A stretch of DNA of 64,000 nt from an uncultured virus (IMG/VR IMGVR_UViG_2061766007_000832) (lineage: Duplodnaviria; Heunggongvirae; Uroviricota; Caudoviricetes), in the IMG/VR virus record IMGVR_UViG_2061766007_000832; one strand, written 5' to 3'. Position 1 is the first letter of the stretch; each line of letters begins with the position of its first letter. Below are positions 44,626-54,176 of the stretch, in pieces. The notes below the pieces were generated by a model. It saw only the letters and a list, made by a program, of their open reading frames with translations, had not been told where the DNA came from and searched no databases. The position numbers were made by a program, and so were the translations under genes.

Positions 44626-44649
44626 ATGAAAACAGACTACAGTCTGTTA

Positions 44650-46413
44650 TCAACTCCTCCAGGTGACTCCGCTGTTCTTCCGTGCCCTGTTTGCACAGCT
44701 TCTGGAGTCATAGATCTGATTCGCTTCTTTTTTCACGAAGCGCTTACCGCACACAGGGCAAATCCCATACTTGCCCTCATTGTCACCAGAACTCTGCGTA
44801 CCGCCCTCAGACTCTGCCTGGGCCGTAATGCCCTCTGCACTCGTCGGGTTGGTGGTATCGTTCTCGTTCAGCGGGATACCGTCTGCCTGTGCGTTCAGTT
44901 CCTTAAGCTCCTGCGCAAGACGCTGCTGGTACTCGTCATACACAATGGCATCCGCCTCAGGATCTTTACTCAGATGGCTGAACTTAAACGCCTGGATGGC
45001 CGGCATACCCGCCTGACGCAGGGTTGAGAAGCTCTGCGTCTTTACGAGCAGATCCTCGTAGCTCTGCCTCCAGAATCTGGGCTCGAGGTCGCTGATCTTC
45101 AGTCCTTCGAGCTTTCCGGTCTGTGCGCAAATCTTAAGAATAACCTTCAGAAACTCAGTCTCAGCCTTGCGCCACATCGCCTGGGTCTGAAGCGCCCGGG
45201 CTTCAGCATGCCACCAGCCGTTCCGCAGAATAACCGCACCATTGTTGCTGCTGTCGCCTGTGTTTGCACTGCCCTGGCTCGGCATGCCGACAATCTCGTA
45301 CACAATCTGCTTCATTGCGCTTACGAGACTGTTCGTCTGGCTCTGATCCAGCTGTTCGTTCAGGTAGTACAGCTTCTTTCCGCCATTTGAATTCGGTGTC
45401 GCAGGAAGCTGAATCGCTCCCAGGTCCTTCAGCTTCAGCAGCTGTTCCCTGTCAATGTCCACACCGTCGAACACCATCAGCGCCTGGATAAACTGCTCCA
45501 CGCCGTCAAGCTGGTTCGAGAAAGTGATATTGATCGCATCGAGCAGGGTCAGGACATACTCAAATGCCCCGATACGATCAGGATTGCACGGGTACTCGAT
45601 CAGACTGATGCGCCCAAAGTTATGTACCCGCTCGTCAGTTATTGTCAGTCCCTCGCCGTTCTCCGTTCCCTCAATCGTGTAGGTCACGTTCGGCGTGTAG
45701 ACGGTATATTCCACGTTGCTTGCCGGCGGGTCCCTGTACACATAGGTCACACCCATAGCCGGCTTTTTCTTTGCGTTGTTGTATTTTACGATGAACGTGT
45801 TTTCCACGTCCGGATTGCTTATCTCAAACGGAGCTTCATCGAGGAAGTCATCCGCCTCATACTCGTCCTTATCGGAGTATGTCAGTCTGTAGGTCGTGCC
45901 ACAGGTGAACATGTCGTGGGCCATCTCCAGGTCAATCGCCTGTTTGCCCTCAGAGAGCATCATATCGTTTACTGTGGCGACCTTTTCGGTGATATCCTTG
46001 GCGAGCTCGGCTGCTTCCTCACTGAGCTCTTCCTCTTCCTCACCAAGAGCTTTCCGCATGTCCTTGTTGCCACGGCGACTCACGTATTGAATCGGTTCCC
46101 CAGCAAACTCGGCCTCCTTAAAGGTCGTGATGGAGCTCGCAATGTTCACAACGACCTTGTTATTGATCTCGTTGTTGTACTGCTTGCTACGATTCAGAAT
46201 CGGCTGAATACCCTTCTCGTAGTTCTTGAGGAAGATGATCTCAGCACGATTCTTCCGGTGTACAGTCATGGCTTTTTGAAGGACATCAATCACGTTCTCC
46301 CGTGTGATCTTCTTCTCGCCTGTATAGATAATCCGCCGTCCGTGCAGTCCACGGGAGAAATCGATAGTGCAGTCCAAGATCGAAGCATCCGCAACGGCCT
46401 GTCTTTCGGTCAT
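44650..46413 (-). CDS. Portal protein (SPP1 gp6-like) with C-terminal Cys motif
   Basis: INNKVVVN, FAGEPIQY, LIEYPCN, LLDAIN, IVGMP, DSSNNGAV; start MTERQ after GGAGG. Confidence 0.92.
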   Translation of the reverse strand: MTERQAVADASILDCTIDFSRGLHGRRIIYTGEKKITRENVIDVLQKAMTVHRKNRAEIIFLKNYEKGIQPILNRSKQYNNEINNKVVVNIASSITTFKEAEFAGEPIQYVSRRGNKDMRKALGEEEEELSEEAAELAKDITEKVATVNDMMLSEGKQAIDLEMAHDMFTCGTTYRLTYSDKDEYEADDFLDEAPFEISNPDVENTFIVKYNNAKKKPAMGVTYVYRDPPASNVEYTVYTPNVTYTIEGTENGEGLTITDERVHNFGRISLIEYPCNPDRIGAFEYVLTLLDAINITFSNQLDGVEQFIQALMVFDGVDIDREQLLKLKDLGAIQLPATPNSNGGKKLYYLNEQLDQSQTNSLVSAMKQIVYEIVGMPSQGSANTGDSSNNGAVILRNGWWHAEARALQTQAMWRKAETEFLKVILKICAQTGKLEGLKISDLEPRFWRQSYEDLLVKTQSFSTLRQAGMPAIQAFKFSHLSKDPEADAIVYDEYQQRLAQELKELNAQADGIPLNENDTTNPTSAEGITAQAESEGGTQSSGDNEGKYGICPVCGKRFVKKEANQIYDSRSCANRARKNSGVTWRS

Positions 46414-46438
46414 ATCGATCCTCCTTCCACAGCGTACA

Positions 46439-46486
46439 TAAGAAAAAGACGCAGAACCAACGATTCCTCGCTGTCCAGCGTCTTTT
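46439..46486 (-). terminator. Attenuator before portal; contains conserved hairpin copy D (46467-46483)
   Basis: AAAAGACGC...GCGTCTTTT-TCTT; element AG-A-CGCT-GGAC-AGCG-AG. Confidence 0.8.
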
Positions 46487-46560
46487 CGCAAAATTTACCG
46501 AGCGTGACAGATCCGTACAATTGGATGTGAAGCGAACCGTTTGCACGGTCTGTCAACTGC

Positions 46561-46589
46561 ATTATAACTACATTTTGTAGTGGTGTCAA
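46561..46589 (-). promoter_or_regulatory. Consensus sigma-A promoter of the head operon
   Basis: TTGACA-17-TATAAT; the spacer holds ACTAC-N5-GTAGT. Confidence 0.9.
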
Positions 46590-46634
46590 TACTATAAGCA
46601 CAATAAAAAAACAAAAACACGAACGTTCGGGTTT

Positions 46635-48278
46635 TTAAAATGGCCTCTCAATCGACTGAGCCTTTGGCATACTAATCCGTCTCGACATCTCTGAAAGCAT
46701 TGCCGTCCCATCGCAAGCATCGTCGTGGCTGACCTTGCCTGTACGGACATAAGCGCACAGTTCCTTAATGTACGCCCAATATTCACTCCCTGGCTTATAC
46801 TTCGATTTGTCAAGGAAGTAGAAGTGCTTCAGGATCCTGTCCGACTCTGCTTCAATCCGTGCTGACTTATTTGATATCGTTCGTTTAATCGTTATGCTGG
46901 TCTTCCCGCCCTGCGCCTTCATCAAATCTTCAACGTCTTTGGCATAGTATTCGCCGGCATTATTCGACTCGAACTGCGCCTTCTGTACAAAATGCTTCAC
47001 AAGCTTTGTGGCACACTCCGGTTTGGTATATTCCGGAGTGCCGTTATTAAACACGACATCTGGCACAAACACATCCTCACCATATACGTATCCTATAGGC
47101 ATACTCACGCTGTCTGAACCCTTATCCGCTGTGTCACACGCTGCAAGAATAGCGTCAGGGCGTTCAAGAGGAAGTTCAAAGAACCGATTCAGGCTGTCCT
47201 CTGGAAACAGCTGTCCTTTTGCTTCGTACGGTCTCTGCTGGAACTGGCTTTCCCACTGCATTGACGTAACGAGCAGACGCTCATGTCGGTAATATTCAGT
47301 TGTGAACATCTTCCTTCCGTGAAGCGTTATCTCAAAGTTACTTTCATCGTTATCGTTCAGGGCCGGAATCTCAAGGATCTTAAATCTCCATCCCATTTCC
47401 GGAGCAATGTCCTGAAGCTTTCCAAGAGGATCCCTCAGACTATACCGTGTGCCCTGTCCAATAATCGGACATCCTTCCAGCCGTCTGCCAAGAACGTCGC
47501 CACGAATCTTGTCCCATAGAAACTCAAGCCGGTCCGCATTAACGGCCTCTTCTTCATTCTTTACGCAGTCATCGAGGTAAATTACACCGTCCGGCGTTGC
47601 TTCTGTGCTACCTGTAATTTGACCGTCAATAGGACGGCAGGTGACCGTGGCAAACCTCGTCTTGTCCTTGAGGTTAAAGGTTTTATCGTCCGCTTTTGTT
47701 TCGACAAGCTTCGCATCCGGAAAGATCTCATAGAACGAATACTTATCAGTTTGCTGTAGTATTTCGAGCATGCCTTTGTAAAAACTGCCGACGAGCATAT
47801 CGCCAGAACCGACACACAAGCTTCTGCCGTTCGGGCTTTGTCCTGCTTTAAACAAAACAAACCAGTTTCCGACGGTGGTTTTTCCCGTTCTCTTCGGCTG
47901 TGATACAGACAGAAAATCAAGCTTTCCGTCCTGCACTTCCTGGAATGCGCTCACAATCGGGGCCAGCACCTTCCGTCTCGGTACATAGAATTTCTCGTCC
48001 GGCTTGCGGTTCTTTTCGAGATACAGCATAAAACTGTCAAAGTCCACCGGAGCGTCCACCAGCATGCTTTTCCAGTAGATATCATTCAGTGTGTCAATGT
48101 CGCCAATCCCACGTCTCATCGCCTGTCCGATGAGCTTACGCATATCCTTATTCTCCGCATGCAGCTCGACGTGCCCGTGCTGGATCTCGTCGTAGAATAT
48201 TGCCAGTGCGTCCCTGTAAACCCGGGGATCATCCGGATACTTCTCTATGCTCCGCCTGATCAGTTCAAGTTCTGTCAT
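46635..48278 (-). CDS. terL: Terminase large subunit
   Basis: VSQPKRTGKTT (Walker A), IYLDD, QGTRY, ACDTADKGSD, FESNNAG, HDDACD. Confidence 0.95.
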   Translation of the reverse strand: MTELELIRRSIEKYPDDPRVYRDALAIFYDEIQHGHVELHAENKDMRKLIGQAMRRGIGDIDTLNDIYWKSMLVDAPVDFDSFMLYLEKNRKPDEKFYVPRRKVLAPIVSAFQEVQDGKLDFLSVSQPKRTGKTTVGNWFVLFKAGQSPNGRSLCVGSGDMLVGSFYKGMLEILQQTDKYSFYEIFPDAKLVETKADDKTFNLKDKTRFATVTCRPIDGQITGSTEATPDGVIYLDDCVKNEEEAVNADRLEFLWDKIRGDVLGRRLEGCPIIGQGTRYSLRDPLGKLQDIAPEMGWRFKILEIPALNDNDESNFEITLHGRKMFTTEYYRHERLLVTSMQWESQFQQRPYEAKGQLFPEDSLNRFFELPLERPDAILAACDTADKGSDSVSMPIGYVYGEDVFVPDVVFNNGTPEYTKPECATKLVKHFVQKAQFESNNAGEYYAKDVEDLMKAQGGKTSITIKRTISNKSARIEAESDRILKHFYFLDKSKYKPGSEYWAYIKELCAYVRTGKVSHDDACDGTAMLSEMSRRISMPKAQSIERPF

Positions 48279-48292
48279 GTTATCACTCCTAT

Positions 48293-48339
48293 AAAAAACG
48301 GGAACAAGCGTTTCCGCTCATTCCCGTAGTCATACGGCT
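48293..48339 (-). terminator. Attenuator before terL; overlapped by conserved hairpin copy F (48323-48339)
   Basis: ACGGGAATGAGCG-GAAA-CGCTTGTTCCCGT-TTTTT; element AG-C-CGTA-TGAC-TACG-GG. Confidence 0.8.
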
Positions 48340-48342
48340 TAA

Positions 48343-49235
48343 TTAAATCCCATATACCTTTGGCAACCTGTCGTAAATATCCTGTGGATTGTCTCCCGGC
48401 TTAATAAACACATTGTGCCATCCGTTCCATTTAACAAACCACTTCAATTCTACAATACAATTTTCGGTTGATGCAATCTGTGCGCATCGATCAACTTCAC
48501 CGATAAGAGGTCTGTCATCTGCCATGAACGTTTTTATCTCCTTCAATGCTAATCTCCCTCCAGTGCCTGTCTTTGCATCTCGTCATAGTACATACTGTAA
48601 TATTCACAACCCAGCTGGTCTTCCTGATCAAGCGGGTATCCGTACCCTTCGCAGTACTCCAGGAATTCGCAGTCTCTGCAAGCGTCGCTCACTTCCGCTT
48701 GTCACCACCTTCGGACCAGTAGTCAATCCAGTTCCCTATCGCTTTTCCGCCACTTCGCCACCCGCTGCAGAACAGGCAAAGCAAAACTATGACAAGCAGC
48801 CCAATCAGAGCTACTCCGACACTGTCCCCGTATTTCGTCCCGAGGTAGTAAATTCCGCCGAGAATCAGTATTAACTCAAGCACTTCCATTCACCTCTGGC
48901 TTCCATAACCTCTCGCCTCAGTTTCACCCCGAGGGCTACTGCTTCCTCGTGAGTCCCAAACGTACAGTCTTCCATCAGTTCGTCATCGTTCTCGTCAACG
49001 ACCGAAACCCTATACATCCGCTCAATCTTCACCTTCAGCTTCGGCTTCTTCACTGTATCGTCCCCTCTACTCGTCCGATCATGATCTGTTCCGACAGGTT
49101 CGCAATGCCACGCTCCGCTGCGTTACGGCAGATCCCCAGAATCACTTCATACTCATCCTCGTTAAGCAAATCGTTTTCCACGGCATTCTTGACACTATCA
49201 ATAAACGTATCCCTGAATTCCTTATCCAATTCCAT
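48343..49235 (-). CDS. Run of about five small hypothetical genes (48343-48546, Cys-rich ~48548-48692, membrane 48689-48889, 48871-49053, 49050-49235)
   Basis: Coupled short ORFs with RBSs, upstream of terL. Confidence 0.65.
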
Positions 49236-49241
49236 TCCCCC

Positions 49242-49520
49242 TCAGATATCATCGTCCAGGTACGCTTCGGGCCGCTCCACTTCGAGCTTCCACATGACGT
49301 TCCCAGTCTCCCGATCCGCAATAACTACGTCGTAGTCGAGTGCGTCGAGAATCTTCGAGAACATTTCCAGACTCATCCGAGGTCTGTTCATGCTCTGGGA
49401 CAGGGCGTTCTGGCTCACTCCGATCCGTCCGGCAAGCATCGTCTGCGTTACGTTCCGTCCCTTCTGCGCTTTCTTCAATATCTCTTTGTCCTGTAGCTCC
49501 CTGATTTGAATATTCGCCAT
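49242..49520 (-). CDS. XRE-family HTH regulator
   Basis: VTQTMLAGRIGVSQNALSQSMNR...FSKILDALDYDVVI. Confidence 0.85.
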   Translation of the reverse strand: MANIQIRELQDKEILKKAQKGRNVTQTMLAGRIGVSQNALSQSMNRPRMSLEMFSKILDALDYDVVIADRETGNVMWKLEVERPEAYLDDDI

Positions 49521-49552
49521 ATTTGCAATATCCTCCTTTCTATTTCATACAC

Positions 49553-49581
49553 ATTCTATCATGATACAAGGATAATGTAAA
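49553..49581 (-). promoter_or_regulatory. Promoter of the HTH-terL operon
   Basis: TTTACA-17-TAGAAT overlapping the palindrome TATCATGATA. Confidence 0.7.
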
Positions 49582-49755
49582 GCCTTTTTTATTTTTTTTG
49601 ATTTTTTCAGGTCCACTGCAAAGGGGGCTTTTTTGTTTTTTTCGGTGCTGGGAGGGGTCACGAGCCAGGGTGCCGGCTCTCCGGATATTCCCCTACGGGT
49701 AGGATATCCAGAAGGAAAACAACAACAAACAACCTACCTGTGTCAAGCAAAATTG

Positions 49756-49784
49756 TTGCATATATCCGGATATCATGATATACT
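49756..49784 (+). promoter_or_regulatory. Promoter of the plus-strand island
   Basis: TTGCAT-17-TATACT with extended TG, overlapping the palindrome TATCATGATA. Confidence 0.75.
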
Positions 49785-49790
49785 TACATT

Positions 49791-50088
49791 GTCAAAAGGA
49801 GCTAAAAGCTCCAGGGCGGGAAGTCCGCCGTGTATCGTAGCGAAAACCGTGTGACAGGCGGTTAGCTTTTGGGATGTGCTATAACCCTGTGAACCTTGAA
49901 AATTTTACAGCTGGAAACACTGAGAAGTACTGGCACATAAAAGCATGGTGTGACGAACACAAGCGAGCTTGTGCATAATAAGACTTTTCAGTGTAAGTAA
50001 GCAACATTGTACATATTCCGGATAGTTTGAGATATCCGGTCAGTATGTACAAACCGCAAGCCCTACAAAATGAAAGGGGAATGAAAAA
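49791..50088 (+). ncRNA. Structured ~300-nt leader or ncRNA candidate
   Basis: No ORF; stems AAAAGCT/AGCTTTT, CCGCC/GGCGG, ACACTGAGAAGT/ACTTTTCAGTGT enclosing CACAAG/CTTGTG, and TTGTACATA...TATGTACAA. Confidence 0.45.
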
Positions 50089-50406
50089 ATGACTATAGAA
50101 ACAATTAACCTACTTTCTAAAGAAGAAGTGAAAAACATTGAAAATGTTACATGGAATAAGAACACAGCAAGTCATGTAAACAAGTTAATTCGCATTGCAA
50201 CAGGGTTAAACGCTGAAATAGAACGTTATAAAACGCTCGCTAAATTAATCCCTGCTGAAGTTCTCGCAAAGCTTACAACGGTTGACGTTGAAACAAGAGA
50301 ACGCCCGCAATTCTCTAAAGACGATTTTATCGCCGTATATGGTGAGGAAGAATACAAGCGTTTTTTGCGGAACGTTCCCGCAAAGTATGTATCATTCAAC
50401 GGATAA
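50089..50406 (+). CDS. Hypothetical protein flanked by 24-nt inverted repeats
   Basis: AAAGGGG RBS. Confidence 0.8.
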   Translation: MTIETINLLSKEEVKNIENVTWNKNTASHVNKLIRIATGLNAEIERYKTLAKLIPAEVLAKLTTVDVETRERPQFSKDDFIAVYGEEEYKRFLRNVPAKYVSFNG

Positions 50407-50468
50407 ATAAAGACAGGGCTTGCGGTTTGTGCATACTGCACAAAACAAAATTATGGAGGAATGAAACA

Positions 50469-51164
50469 ATGAAAACCTACTTTGCAAAAGCCCTGGAATC
50501 TTTCAAAATCAACCTTTCCATTATTTCCGAATGTATCCGAACAGGTAAAAACCTTGCGGAAATGGTAAGCATTTCGGAAGGAAACACAAAAACGGGAAAA
50601 ATCCCGTCCGTTTCTCTTCTGCCCCGTTTTTCCTGCCCTTGGAACCGTTGTAAGGATACATGCGGGAAACGGTGCTATGCTATCAAGCTTTGCACACTGC
50701 GCAACACCGTTATGAATGCATACGCTAAAAATTCCGCCGTTTTCAAGCTGTCGCCTACTGCATATTTCAATGCGGTTGACAGTGTTATGAAACGGTCACA
50801 GTTCTTCCGGTACCATATCGGCGGAGATATCCCGAACCGGAAATATTTCCGAATGATGATTAAAACCGCAAAAAACAACCCGCACTGCACTGTACTGTTC
50901 TTCACAAAACAGTATGAAATTGTTAACGAATGGATAGCAAAAAACGGACAGCTACCTGCTAACATGCGGTGCATGTTTTCCGGCTGGACAAACCTTAAGC
51001 CCGTCAACCCGTACAACCTGCCGGAAACGACAGTGTACGCAAAAGATGAGGATTTCAATCCTGCATGGACTGCATGCGGGGGGATTTGCCTTGACTGCGC
51101 ACTGCACTGTGGCGGATGCTGGGAAGCTAAAAACGGCGAGACAGTCGCCTTCAAAATCCACTGA
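50469..51164 (+). CDS. GP88-like Cys-rich protein
   Basis: ISEGNTKTG, SCP...C...CYA, FRYHIGGD, FFTK, C..C..C...C.CW, VAFKIH. Confidence 0.75.
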   Translation: MKTYFAKALESFKINLSIISECIRTGKNLAEMVSISEGNTKTGKIPSVSLLPRFSCPWNRCKDTCGKRCYAIKLCTLRNTVMNAYAKNSAVFKLSPTAYFNAVDSVMKRSQFFRYHIGGDIPNRKYFRMMIKTAKNNPHCTVLFFTKQYEIVNEWIAKNGQLPANMRCMFSGWTNLKPVNPYNLPETTVYAKDEDFNPAWTACGGICLDCALHCGGCWEAKNGETVAFKIH

Positions 51165-51220
51165 CCAACAACAACGGGCGGGGCGGAAACGCTCCGCCCT
51201 ATATGAAAGGGGAATGAAAA

Positions 51221-53182
51221 ATGTTTCCGGTATACATTGACGGTTTTGAAGACTATGCGAGCGAATCCGAACGGATCCGGCTGGAAAGAGACAACTACAG
51301 ACAGTACGAGCTGTCTATCTTTGAAAGCTTTGAAGAATACATGCAGGATAGAGAAGAAGACGAACGTTGACGGACAGGGGCGGAAGTATTGAGACTGTTC
51401 AAACGACTGACGAAAGTATGTTGAAAGGAGAATGAACCGTGTACATTTTAACGGACAAAGACTACGACGAAATTGTACGACTGAACAAGCGCAATGGCTG
51501 GGGGTTCAGCATTGCAATGCTCATGAGAGCATGCAGGGAACACAAAAAGGCATATGAAACCGGAGATGAACGCCGCATGGCAATGATTGAAGAGCGACTG
51601 ACGGACGCTAATTATCATTCGGAATGCTCGTTTCTGTCTGAGCATGACTATGACGGATACAAGAAATTCATAAAGGAGGAATGGAAAGATGCGAAAGATT
51701 AAACATTGGGCCGGATACGGCACTGTACAGGCAGGAGTCATCAAAGACGGATCCTGCACACTGCACGTCATGGTGACCGGAATGCACGAGTGCGGACTCA
51801 GGCGGGATGACCTGTCAGACCTGTATAAATGGCTCGTCAAGCGGTTCGACAAATCCGTTCCGGACGAGTTGACATGGCTCCGGAGCTATCCTGTAGTCGA
51901 TATACGGGAAGACTGGAACATGAACAATGACGTATGCCACTACTACTTCACATACTGATACGGACAGCCGGCAGCTCGAACACCGAGCTGTCGTAGCCCG
52001 TACCAATACGGGAGAAAGAGAGGAAAAGGAAATGTATTGGAACGTCTACGACGTGCGGGAGAACAAGCGCACAAACAACTTTTTCGGTCATGAAATTGTG
52101 ATTGACGGGGAAAGGGGCATCGACACGTACCCCGGAAAGTGGGACTACAGCGAAGCAAAACGGCACTATATGGACGGTGTGCCGTGGGACGTACCGCTGA
52201 AGAACGTTCACACCTGCACTGTCACAATTGACGGTCAGTGCTACGCTCTGGGACATGACACCTTCATGACAACGATATACGCGCTCGGCCCAGACAGACT
52301 GCACGAAGGAAAACCGAACGCAATATACTACATCGGGCACGGCATGGAAGCTCGAAACGAAGCAATAAAGGCTGTATGCCTTCCGCATGATGCAAAGACA
52401 GCAAGCGACATCGCCAAGAACTACGGCATATACGGCGGTGTACTGTACGAAAAGTAAGGAGGAAAAGCATTATGTGGTACGTATACGTCCGTTACCTGGC
52501 GTCCGGTCGAGAAGATTGCGTTAATACAACATTTGACTCAGCACAAGCAGCAATCAAACACATCGCCAAGTGCTATGCAATAGATAAAGACCTTGGACAG
52601 CTTGGCGAATACTACTACTTTATGAAAAAGCATTAAGGAGGTAAAGACAATGCCTATTCAAATTATATTTAAATGGGAATACGGATCCCGAAACAATAAC
52701 GGCATAAAGCTTCTCCGTGAAAGACTCATCGGATATCAGTATTTCAACGAGCAACTCTACGCTCGCTACGGCGAGTGGTACGTTCCCGTAACATACAAGA
52801 AGAAAAACGACGACCCGAACGACAACACATGGGTTATGGAAATTCATGTCGAAGCAGTGACAGCAGACATTTTCCCACGATATATCAAGTACGAAGGAAA
52901 GAAGGCGATCAAACCATGATCCTGATCACGTCTAAACGGCTCCGTTCCATCCTGTCCGAGTGCCGGACAGAAGCCGACCTGCAAGCAACCCTCCGCCATC
53001 ATCGAATCAAATTCAAGTACGACACAACGCCTGGTTACCTGTCGCTGGTCATTCCTACGGCAACCGGCGCAGTGAGGGTAACCAAGACAGCATCAAAAAC
53101 AGCCCCGTTTACAATCGGATGCACAGCCCCGGAACCATACGAGCGCCCGAAGCATCTGAAATACCACTACGAAACCTGTTGA
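51221..53182 (+). CDS. Run of small hypothetical genes (51221-51370, 51439-51702, 51689-51958, 52032-52457, 52472-52636, 52650-52919, 52916-53182)
   Basis: Co-oriented short ORFs, most with strong RBSs. Confidence 0.7.
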
Positions 53183-53215
53183 CATCCACTCTTTTCTGTA
53201 GTAAGATATTACTAC
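53179..53215 (+). promoter_or_regulatory. Island promoter, copy 1
   Basis: TTGACA-17-TAAGAT inside the palindrome GTAGTAA-GATA-TTACTAC. Confidence 0.8.
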
Positions 53216-53252
53216 AAAGAGCAGTACTGATAACCGAAAGGAGAGAAGAACC

Positions 53253-53573
53253 ATGACAATCGAGAGAAACAACGGACAGTACGTCATCAACAGTGATGAC
53301 GGAACAAAGGTCAGCATCACCTGCAATGAAGCGAGCTTACTGATCAACTACTGCGGAAAAGAAGGACTCCGGTCACAGATCAATGACCGACTCGATGAAG
53401 CCATCGAAAACGGAGATTGCGACCTGTCGAAGTACGAATACGGCGACCGTGAGGACTTCGTGCAGGAAGTATTCGAGAAGTTCGAGGCCGAGATCGACTA
53501 CGGCAACAGCGTAGACGATGAGGACATCGATGCAGAGATCTACGATCTCATCAGCTACTACGGGCTGGACTGA
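53253..53573 (+). CDS. Highly acidic small protein
   Basis: Asp/Glu-rich C-terminal half; first gene after the promoter. Confidence 0.75.
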   Translation: MTIERNNGQYVINSDDGTKVSITCNEASLLINYCGKEGLRSQINDRLDEAIENGDCDLSKYEYGDREDFVQEVFEKFEAEIDYGNSVDDEDIDAEIYDLISYYGLD

Positions 53574-53650
53574 CATTGACAGACAGGGGATGGACTCCAT
53601 CCCTTGTAGTCAGTGCCAAGGCACTGAAGAAAGAAAGGAGACATGAAACC

Positions 53651-54169
53651 ATGAGTCAGACCTACACAAGTGCAGGTACATCCATTAACCGGACCAAGCT
53701 TCCGGCGGTGTACAACAAAGCGATCTTTTCCGCCCCGTTCGTATTCGACTACGGATGCGGTAAGTACACGGATCACATCAGACAGCACCTCAACGGACAG
53801 GGACGGGAGCTCTTCCCGTACGATCCGTACAATCAGCCGAAGGAAATCAATGACGAATCCTTACAGCGCATGAATCTCTGCTCCTTGACAAACATCCCCG
53901 TCGATGTTGTCTGCTCGAACGTGCTCAATGTCATCGACTCCGAGTACGAGATCGAAACCATCGCACAGAACATCATGAACATCGTAACAGCAACAAACGG
54001 ATTCGGATTCATCACAGTATATGAAGGCGACAAGTCCGGCATCGGAAAACAGACAGGCAAGGATCAGTACCAACGGAACGAACCGCTCAAGAACTACCTC
54101 AAGTACTTCAGAGGTCACATAAAAGTAAGAGCTTCCATCCGGAACGGCATGATATTCCTGTTCAAATAA
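53651..54169 (+). CDS. Class I SAM-dependent methyltransferase
   Basis: VFDYGCGK, PYDPYN, VVCSNVLNVI, ITVYEGD. Confidence 0.8.
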   Translation: MSQTYTSAGTSINRTKLPAVYNKAIFSAPFVFDYGCGKYTDHIRQHLNGQGRELFPYDPYNQPKEINDESLQRMNLCSLTNIPVDVVCSNVLNVIDSEYEIETIAQNIMNIVTATNGFGFITVYEGDKSGIGKQTGKDQYQRNEPLKNYLKYFRGHIKVRASIRNGMIFLFK

Positions 54170-54176
54170 GGAGGAA

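Noticed and set aside
41779..46530. Long plus-strand ORFs opposite the capsid and portal genes (and similar ones opposite tail genes)
   Set aside because: Antisense shadows of strongly codon-biased genes, with no motifs or RBS.
49805..49821. AG-C-TCCA-GGGC-GGGA-AG as a seventh copy of the conserved hairpin
   Set aside because: The fourth pair is A-G, the loop lacks the conserved A, the closing pair is not C-G and no terminator follows.
51390..51435. CTGACGA...GAAA as a hammerhead ribozyme core
   Set aside because: Stem II would be only two A-U pairs, and I could not form stems I and III.
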